A DNA stretch of 64,000 bases, taken from Amoebidium appalachense. Lineage: Eukaryota; Protista; Ichthyosporea. The DNA lies in NCBI GenBank assembly GCA_963693365.1, contig CAVNZM010000011.1, forward strand, positions 3,886,335 to 3,950,334, read 5' to 3'. Position 1 is the stretch's first letter. Every line of letters starts with the position of its first letter. Of the stretch, positions 55,301 to 64,000 are shown one piece after another. Under the pieces are notes generated by a model. The model made no database searches, was not told the origin of the DNA, and saw only the letters and a list, made by a program, of their open reading frames with translations. The position numbers were made by a program, and so were the translations under genes.

Positions 55301-55470
55301 TGCAGCAGATGAAAGCACAGAGGTTATTGGGCAAGCCGAATCAGAGGTTGTGGTGAGCGCACCGGGCGAGAATATTCATGCGAATATTCCAGCGAATAAT
55401 TCGCGCACACGTGCGAATAGGCGCAAAAATGCCTATTTTGTGTGGGGTGAGGAGCAGCAACGTGCATTTG
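52324..55470 (+). pseudogene. pol: Gypsy pol (PR, RT) with stops and frameshifts
   Basis: VVDTGASHS, YPLPRID, YIDD. A 14-bp tandem duplication GGTTTGCACCTGCA at 52921-52948 and shifts at about 54780 and 55000 break the frame. Confidence 0.88.
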
Positions 55471-55849
55471 GGTTTTATTTGTGGAAATTATTGACATAAA
55501 TATTTTTCTGGGTAAACACGTAGGATGGGTGTTCGATACCAACATAACCATGTAGGCTTCATTTCGTGTTTTAGCAGTTAGCGGTTGGCTGCCCGCACAC
55601 GGGCACCTATTAGCCAGTCAAAACATCAGATACCACAGATCACTAGACCGAGTTATGATTGGCTCGGATCAGATTTCACATATCACTAGATCGATTTTTG
55701 ATTGGCTCAGATCGGTAGGCTTAGGTATATAAGCACGACAGTTTTTAGCAGATCAGCAAGCTACAAACACATCTTCTGTGTTTAGCATCCACAGCCTTAC
55801 AGCTATATATTCCTTTTCATTCTCCCTATCTTTCCCTACGCCGGTCAGC

Positions 55850-57021
55850 ATGCCGCCGAAAAAGCGCCAGGCCTCAGCCGCCGCCCCTGCCGCGGCACCT
55901 AAGCGCCTGACCCGCAGCGACCTCCGCCACAGGCTGACCAACGCTCCCGCGGACACTGACGCGCCTCCAGCGGCCCATACCACCACGGACCCGGACCCGC
56001 CGGCTACTCTCCCCTCCACTCCTGAAGTCCCCCCTCAGGCCCCGCCGTCCCCGCAGATGACTTCTCAAGACGCCGTCCTGGCCGCCCTCACCGCCATCAG
56101 CACCCAGATGGCTGGCGTCCTGGCTGCTCTCACCAACCGCGACCCTCCCGCGCCCCCCGCCGCGCCCTCCACACCCGGGGAGGTTTCCCCGGGGCTGCAT
56201 CTCGGCCCTGACCTAGACCTGCCTGCCCTGCCCGCGCCCCCCATCACAGGTGAGAACACTGGCGACATTCAGCCGGGCACACTCCCGCTTCCCCCCGCGG
56301 ATGTGCTGGCAGATTTGCGCGCCAATCGTTTCGTCGACCTGTATAAGTTCACCCCCGCCGCCCTCCTGGCCCCATCCAAGAAAGGTCAGCATCTGCGCAT
56401 GGCCGACGACGGCAGCATCGAGACTTTTCGCCAAGACAAACCCGTTCCCCTGCGTTCACTCGTCATTTGGATCCAAGCTTGGACCCATTACAAGTGGCCG
56501 CCAAGCACCACCTCGGCCTTCCCACGGACAAAGACGTACTTTGGACTCAGCACATCACTCGCCTCAGCACCCGATACCCGTGGGCCCAGATCCACAACTA
56601 TGACGTATACGCCCGCACCGTGGCCCACCAGCAGGGTCGGGCTCCGATCGAGTGCCCCAACCTGCTCGCCCAACTCCACCAGGATCTCCTCCTGCCACCC
56701 ACTCTGCTCATCCAGGACGCATGTCAGCGCTGTGGCTTCCCCGACCACCCCAGCGCGGCATGCCCCATGTACCCCAAGCCCGGCTGTGGTCTTGACGGCT
56801 TTAAGCCGCCCCACAAGCCCGGCGGGGGTCACACCCCTAACCGCCCTGGCCCGCAACCCGGCCCGGCAAAACCGGCCCGACCCGTGGATCTACCCGCGAC
56901 GCACTGCAGGAATTTCCACATTAACGGTCGGTCCTGCGCTAAGCAGCCCTGCCCCTTCTCCCACGTGTGCCCGCTCTGCTCTGGCACACACCCCCGCAAA
57001 GACTGCAAGCACAATGCCTAG
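55850..57021 (+). pseudogene. DIRS/Ngaro gag-like ORF1, frameshift at about 56490
   Basis: FVDLYKF...WIQAWTHY, YPWAQIHNYD, and a terminal CRNFH...CAKQPCPFSHVCPLCSGTHPRKDC zinc finger. Confidence 0.75.
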
Positions 57022-57414
57022 TCTACGCGCACACCCACACACACAGCTAGAACATAGGGGTTAGGAGCTAGGACACACGAGGACAGGGAAACGGAGCTCG
57101 GGAGAACGGGCCAATAGGGCTGAGTACAAAATTTCGCAAGCCAACTACGGCGCCCGCGCGCGTCAAGAATAAATGTCCCTACACAAAGACGTTTATTCTG
57201 GCCACTGCACATAATTTTACTCCCCCCCCCCCCATCCCACGAGCCTCCCCCCCCCCTTACACTCACCTAGCACTCCCTCCCCCCCCCCCTTCTTCTACCG
57301 CTGTGTCCGCCCACACCCCGTGCTCGGGCACATTCCCCTGCACAGGGCCCCGCTGCCCTCCCTGCCAACCCTCACTTGGGCCCAGCTGCCCTACTCTAAC
57401 CCCCCGGGGCCCTG

Positions 57415-57456
<42 letters not shown>

Positions 57457-57499
57457 CTGCCGGGATCTCCCCAAGGGTACACCACCCTTGCTAACCACC

Positions 57500-59138
57500 C
57501 CTTCCCCGAGGCTCAGACTCGGAGGCCCGCCCGCTGCCCCAGCACCACATTGACACCTCCCGCCTCCGGGAACTGCTGGCCTCCTACCCGGACCAACCAT
57601 TTGCCGCACAACTCCTCCACGATGTCGAATTCGGCGTCGACATCGGCTATCGCGGCCCCTCCACCTCTCGGGTGGGCCCCAACCTACCCACCACCCCGGA
57701 GGCAGCTGCCGCTATCACGGTGGATATTGCCAAAGAAGTCGCCCTCGGCCACCTGCGCGGCCCCCTCTCCCCGGCCCAATTCTTTGACGAATTTCCCGTC
57801 CACCGTTCCTCCCCCATCGGCGCCGTTACCAAGAAAGGGAACCCCCCCAAGTACCGTCGAATCCACCACCTCTCCTGGCCCCGGGGTAGCAGTGTCAATG
57901 ACAGCATCACCTACCCCGACGAACTTCAGTACATTCGCGCCCGGGATGTCACCCAACTCATTCTCGACGCAGGCCCCGGCTGCTACATGGCCGTGGCAGA
58001 TGTGCAGGCTGCCTTCCGGCACATGCCCATCCGACCGGAAGACCACCACTTAATGGCATTCAAATGGCAAGGGCACTTTTACGTTGAAACCAGACTGCCC
58101 TTCGGCCTGAAATCTAGCCCAGCCATCTGGGAACGGATCGCGGCCACCCTACAGTGGCTGGCACACCAGCACGGTATTACCCTCATCCGCCACTACGTAG
58201 ACGACTGGATTATAGTCGCCCCCACACAACAGCAGTGCCAACGTCACCTATCCACCTTCCTGCAACTCTGCCGAGAGCTGCACATTGCCATCTCCGAAGA
58301 CAAGATGCAGGGCCCGGCTACCCGTGTCGTCTTCATCGGTATCGAATTCGACTCCATCGCCATGGAGGCACGAATCCCGGCTTCCAAGCTCTCGGACCTA
58401 CTCGACCTCACTTCCCACCCAAAGCCCACCATCACCATTCGGGACCTCCAGTCCCTCCTCGGTAAACTCACCTGGTGTGCCCAGCTGGTTCCCCCCGGGA
58501 GGGCCTTCTCCCAGCGCCTATGGGCCCTTCTCCGGACCCACCCACACCTTGCCGGCCACCACCACATACGACTGACTGCTGCCGCCCGGGCCGACATAGC
58601 CGAATGGCACCAGTTCCTCACATCATGGAATGGGGTGCACCTCATCACACCCCCCACATACACCACCCTGGCCACTGATGCTGCCGGATCGGTGGGTCTA
58701 GGTGGCCACTGGCTCGACCAATGGTTCTTCATGCCCTGGTCCCCCTCCACCCAAGCCCTCTATGCTCATGAGGGTAAACTCGGTTCTTCCGTCATCGAAC
58801 TCCTGGCCATCGCAGCCGCCGTGGCCCTCTGGGCCCCCTCCTGGTCCACCCACCATGTCCGTATTTTATGCGACAACACGGGTGCTGTGTCTGACCTGCA
58901 CTCCCGGTCTTCCCCCCACCCCGTGATGGCCAAACTTATTCGGTTCATCACCCGCATGGAAATGCAATACCAATTTACGTTACAGGCATCCTACCTACCA
59001 GGACCCCTCAACCATCTGGCCGATGCCATTTCTCGTAACCAACTTCCCCGGGCCCGACGACTCCGACCTTCCCTGCAACCGGAGCCCTGCCCCTTCCCCT
59101 CCTGGGTCCACGAGTTCCTATCCCTTCCCTTGGGCTAA
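57500..59138 (+). CDS. DIRS-type reverse transcriptase / RNase H
   Basis: KYRRIHHLSWP, DVQAAFRH, LPFGLKSSP, HYVDD, ATDAAGSVGLGG, ELLAI, CDN, NHLADAISR. The open frame extends upstream of the computed start at 57672. Confidence 0.92.
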
Positions 59139-59156
59139 CCCCCCCCCGATTTCTGT

Positions 59157-59355
59157 GTGGCATCTCGGCTGCAATCCTCCTCCGGGTCCTCCCTCCCGGC
59201 CTCCCCACACACCGTGCAACTTTTTCTCGCCTGGTGTGCCCAACGAGGGGTACAGGCCTCTTCCTTAACCGGCTACAATTCGGCCATCACCAGGCTCCAC
59301 CTCGACATGGGCCTCCCTGCTCCCTACCCCCACGACAAGTCTCTGGCCTGGTTCC
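59157..59355 (+). pseudogene. N-terminal (SAM-like) fragment of a tyrosine recombinase
   Basis: LPASPHTVQLFLAW...SSLTGYNSAITRLHLDMG, typical of the DIRS YR N-terminus; truncated at the TGTTG LTR start. Confidence 0.7.
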
Positions 59356-62300
59356 TGTTGGACATTGTGTTCATAGAAGCTAGTTCTAGTGCACGTTGTT
59401 CCTTCTGTAAGTCAGAAATGATTGCATCTTGTGAGGCCAACCTCTGCTCCAGTAGTTGGACTAGTTGCTGCAACTGTAAGTTGTCAGACATAGTGTCGTG
59501 TATGATGGGTAACTAGTCTATGTGTTTTGTGCACTGGAAACGACAGTAGAAAAGTGTAAATCAAACGTTCTGCTTCCCATGTTTGTGACATGGGAGGCAC
59601 TGCTTTATATAGTCGTTGGCCACCTCATGGTGGCCTCGTGTGCACCCTGGTGGTGGGCCATGTACAGCATGGCCGAAAAGAGAGCACAATGAAAACAAGT
59701 CGTTAAAGATATAAAAGTTAACTGTGCACGTTGAGTGGCTAGTTAACTTGCACTAAAGCACACAAATAAACGTGTTTAACACACCAATTGCAGTTAAACG
59801 TAAATCTTGCTTCACACAACTAAAAATATTCTGAGAATATCCGGGAATAAAGCACACTACCACTCTAAGAATAGAATCCTGTGGCAAATATAGACATGAC
59901 ATCATCTGAACCGGGAATATTAATTAATGAGCACAATTAGCACGTTGCTAGTGAAGCTCGTCATTGGTACAGTTTTGGCTCAAACATATAACTACCATAT
60001 ATGAATATGACCGTAAACAAAAAGCTCTATGCACTCGAGTGAGTGTTGAAACAGTTATTCAATTGCTCAGAAACTTTCTCTAACAGACATTGCTAGCCGG
60101 GAGTACCAGTGTACTCCAACACCCCTACTCAATTGGATAATTGTGGTATGAATTAATGCAACTGAGCTCGAGTGCTTCAGGTGCACAAAATACAGACAAT
60201 AAAGATTCCCCTACTCAATTTTAGTATGGTACACGTAGTTGCACAGTCGGATGCAACTCTCTCCCCCCCCCTGAAGTATGAGGGCGCAGTTGGTTGATGA
60301 CGGGTGCTCAGCACATGTTGAGCATCCCCACGGCCTTGGTGAAGAAAGAGGCAGACAGGGCCTTGGTGAACATGTCGGCCTTGTTGTCAGCAGAAGCCAC
60401 CGGGACCACAGTGATGTTGCCCAGCAGGTGATGTTCCTTGACGGAGCAGTAGCGGACGTCGATGTGCTTGGTCTTGGGCTTAACCCCCAGGGTGTCCAGC
60501 AGGGCCCGGGCAGACTCATTGTCCCCATGGATGGGCACCGGGGTGGGCTCATTGATAGGATTAAGGCCCAGGTCGTCCATCACATAGTTGAGCCATAGGG
60601 CCTCGTTCGTAGCAGCAGACATGGCCACAAATTCAGCCTCAGTGGAGCTGTGGGTGGTGATGGACTGGAGCCGAGACACCCAGGACACAGGGGAGGAGTT
60701 TATGAAGAAGACATAGCCCGTGGTGGAGCGCCGGGTGTCGCGGTCCTCGGCGTAGTCGGAGTCGGAGTAGCCAACAAGGTTGGGGGGGCCGGGACGGTAG
60801 ACAATACCCAGGTCGATGGTGGCCAGCAGGTAGCTTACAACTCTGGTAGCCATAGTCCAGTGGGTGACGGTGGGCGCATGAATGTGTCGAGTAAGGACTC
60901 CCAGAGCCTGGGAAATGTCGGGGCGGGTGGTACGCGCAATCCACAGCAGGGCACCGACCAGGCTGGCATAGTCCTCCTTCTTGCTGTAGGCTGGGGTCTT
61001 GTTGCTTTCACTGGCCTGGCCCGGGACGATGGGGGTCTTGGTGCCGGACATGTGGGTGAGACGAAAACGGGCAGCCAAGTCGATGATGTGTTGACGATGG
61101 CCCAGACGCAGAGACCCGTCCTCCAGCCAGGTAAGAGTGTGCCCGATGAGCAGGGTAGGACGACCCAGGTCCTTGGCAGAGAAACGAGCATCCAGCTTGG
61201 TGAAAAAATCGTCGATGAGCGCATCAGTGGCGGCCGTCACGGTGAAGTCATCCACGTAGGCAGCAAGGGCAATAAATGTTGGGGTCCCGGCATTCTTGAT
61301 GAACAGGCACGGGTCAGCAGCACTCACAATGAAGCCTTGGTCGAGGAGATGGTCACGGAGGGCCTCATACCACTGGCGCGGTGCCTGTTTTAGGCCGTAG
61401 AGCGCCTTGTGGAGCAAGCCGACAGCATGGGGGGCCGAGGGGTTGACGAAGCCAGGGGGCTGCTCAATGTAGATGGTCTCGTTGACGGTGCCGTTGAGGA
61501 ATGCTGTGTTGACGTCGATGTGGCGCAGAGGCAGACCTTGGGCCACGGAGGTAGCCAAAACCAGCCGGATGGTAGCCAGCGCAGCCACAGGTGACTCGGT
61601 GACGAAATAGTCCTGGCCAGGCTGCTGGTAGTTGCCCCGGGCCACAAGCCGGGCCTTGAAAGCAGTGACGTTGCCGACGTTGTCCTGCTTGACCGTAAAG
61701 ACCCAGCCGACCGGAATGACAGTGGAGCCATCCTCTGGACGGGGCACAAGGGTGAAGGTGCCGTTGTCTTCCAGGGCCTTGAGCTCACGGTGTGCAGCCT
61801 CCTCCCATTTCAGACGCTGGGGACTCTTGAGTGCAGCCCGGACAGTCTTGGGGACAACAATGGTGGAAGCCTTGATGGGTGTTGATGCAGGAGCCGTAGC
61901 CTGGGGGGCAAGGGGGGCCGTAGCAGCAGCCACGTTGGCAGTCGGGCCTCGACGTTGGTCGTTGTACACAGCGCCACTACGGGTCGTCCGGGGGAGCCGA
62001 TGTGCAGGCTCGGGCAGGATCGGAATGTCCAATTGATCACTCGGCGCTGTCCCATTGGCTGACAGACGAGACGAATCAGATTGCTGATCATTCCGGACGA
62101 TGTGATTGGCTGGCTGATTTGACGAATCAGATGACTCCAAAAAATGATGAATTGCCGGTGCGGTCGACCAATCAGATGGGACATCACGGAGGGGGTGCAG
62201 AATAGCAGCCTCGTCGAACTGCACGTCACGGCTGACGGTCATCTTGTGTGCTGCTGGAATCCAGACCTTGTAGCCCTTGATGTTAGGAGGGTAGCCCACG

Positions 62301-64000
62301 AAGATGCCCTTGACGGCACGAGGCGCCAGTTTCGGTGTATCCTGTTGATGGACGTAGCAGGGAGAGCCCCAGACACGGAGCCGGCTGTAGTCGGGAGGAA
62401 TGCCGGTCCACAGCAGGGCGGGAGACGATTGGCTGCCGGTGGCTCGCGACGGGAGCATGTTGCGTATAAAAGCCGCGGTCACAGCTGCCTCGGCCCAGAA
62501 TCCCACCGGAAGGCCGGACTGCTGCAGGAGTGCCCGAACCATGTCGAGGAGGGTCCGGTTCAGTCGTTCGGCAGTCCCATTCTGTTGAGGAGAGCCGGTG
62601 GTAGTGATCTGATGGCGAATGCCATGCTCACGGTTGTAGTCCCCGAAGGCCGTGCCCATGTACTCGCCCCCCCGTCGGACTGAAACACCTGCATGGGAAC
62701 ACCGTGTTGGGTAACCGCCGCCTTGTGGTACGTCACATATGCAGCCAGTGTGTCCGACTTCTTGACGAGGGGCACGGCCGTGGTGTGGCCGGTGAATTCG
62801 TCGTGGAACGTCGCCAAGTACTGAGCACCACCGATCGCGGGAGGGAAGGGGCCGCTGATGTCGCTGTGAACCTTGGCTAGGACCCGGGGAGCTTGGCTAG
62901 TTGATTCGGAGAAGGCAACACGGTGGGCTTTGCCGAGGGCACAGGGCTCACACACACCCGGAGACTTGGCACCGCCACCCACCAACAGGCCTGCAGACTT
63001 GATGACCGAGCGTACAGCGTCAATGCCAGCATGGCCCAGACGGTAGTGCCACGTGTTGAGGTCGGCAGTAACCTTGAGGATACGCGGAGCAGTGGTGGTT
63101 TGGGCGTCCGGGGTTGTGTCCGCGCGCAGAAGAGACACCGCCATGTGGTACAGCTTGGTGCCGACAGCCGAGCCGGTGGCCAGAATTTGATCGCCGTAGC
63201 ACAACTTAACGCCGCCGCGGGTGTCAAAGCGGGGTAAAACACCGTTGGTAGTTGCCGTGAACACACTGATGAGAGTGTCGGGGATGGAGGGCACGTAGAG
63301 TACATCCGTCAGCTGATGCACCGCAGTAACGCCGTCGATGGTGCTGGAAAAGAACACGTCGCCCACCCCAAGCACTGCACATGCACCCTTGTCGGCTACT
63401 TGGACCGTGGAGTAAGGCGCCGCACGCATGTTGATGAACACATCGGGCCGGGGGCACACATGGTCAGTGGCTCCAGAGTCGAGGAGCACCTTGTTGGTGC
63501 CACAGTCGTTGCTAGACATGAGGAAAGCCCGGGGAGCGGCAGCCCCCCCTTGCACTGTGCCGTAGTGTGGGTAGTAGAGGCAGGGTGGTTGATGCAGGAC
63601 CCAGGCAGGAGGGGACCACCCTTAGGTTTGCGGCCGTTGGCACGGTTGCCCCCCTTGCACATGGCGGTAGTGTGACTGGTAGACAGTGGGTGGTTGACGC
63701 AGGAACCCTTGGGGTAGGTGCTGGCACGGTTGTTGCCAGAGTTGCTGTGTTGGCCGTTGCCGTTGGGGCACTGAGACTTGATGTGGCCTGGTTTGCCGCA
63801 GCCGTGGCAGATGACAGGTTGAGGAGCCCGTGTGGTGAAGGCGGCCGGCCCGGAGCTGGTAGTCACACGTGCACGTGGGTGGCTGGTCTCATATGCCCGT
63901 AGCTGTTGGAGGAGGCCCATCACGGTAGGCTTGGGTGTCATCTTGTAGGCAATTACAGGCATTTCGTAGTAAGGCACCTTGCCGAGGTCGTTGGTGAGCT
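59356..64000 (-). mobile_element. Ty1/Copia LTR retrotransposon (3' LTR about 59356-60258; continues beyond the window)
   Basis: TGTTG start, PPT GGGGGGGGGAGAG at about 60259-60271, gag-PR-IN-RT-RH domain order. Confidence 0.93.
60308..63977 (-). pseudogene. pol: Copia polyprotein in three frames (shifts at about 63545 and 62665)
   Basis: CHGCGKPGHIKSQC, LLDSGATDH, WHYRLGH/CEPC, QSDGG, QNGTAERLNRTL, FKARLVARG, YVDD, YSDSDYA, ADMFTKAL. Confidence 0.92.

Larger units (their letters stand above)
48789..55470 (+). mobile_element. Degenerate Ty3/Gypsy element related to 23773-32024; LTR about 48789-49431, interrupted after RT
   Basis: PBS TGGCGACCGCAGG at 49433. Gag and pol motifs closely parallel to element 1 (CFPPASPARNW, HASLWARVYP, WKHVFSAH, FTTPWG). 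LTR start approximate. Confidence 0.85.
55481..59355 (+). mobile_element. DIRS/Ngaro-like tyrosine-recombinase retrotransposon, truncated in the YR gene
   Basis: Order gag-like, RT/RNase H, start of YR; GATTGG/TATATAA leader; cut by a Copia LTR at 59356. Confidence 0.85.

Noticed and set aside
62655-63555. Programmed frameshifting in the Copia polyprotein
   Set aside because: Both shifts fall in G/C homopolymer runs within conserved domains; mutation or long-read homopolymer error is more likely.

Overview
Eukaryotic, repeat-rich DNA in two parts. (1) About 200-38,950 is a gene-dense, apparently intronless, CpG-rich block that reads as a decaying giant endogenous viral element (Nucleocytoviricota-like). 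It carries an A16/G9-type Cys-rich membrane protein, two penton/minor-capsid-like paralogs, a D5-like SF3 helicase, Bro-N-like, T5orf172-like, PD-(D/E)xK and HNH-AP2 genes, an aquaporin, a retropepsin-like protease and a B-lectin/PAN protein. Several genes carry premature stops or frameshifts, and two are broken by LTR insertions, one a full-length chromodomain Ty3/Gypsy element (610-bp LTRs, CGCAT TSD). No major capsid protein, DNA polymerase or packaging ATPase is visible, so the viral assignment is inference. (2) About 39,000-64,000 is a pile of transposons: a spliced THAP/P-element (34-bp TIRs, 7-bp TSD) containing a solo LTR, then an apparent nest Copia > Gypsy > DIRS/Ngaro > Copia. The most striking unexplained structure is a replicon-like module at about 10,100-13,930. 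A C2H2 zinc-finger gene and the helicase face a nuclease that appears to share the helicase's C-terminal domain, and between them lies an iteron-like array of direct and inverted TGTAKCA heptamers. All protein family calls come from motif recognition by eye; no searches were run.
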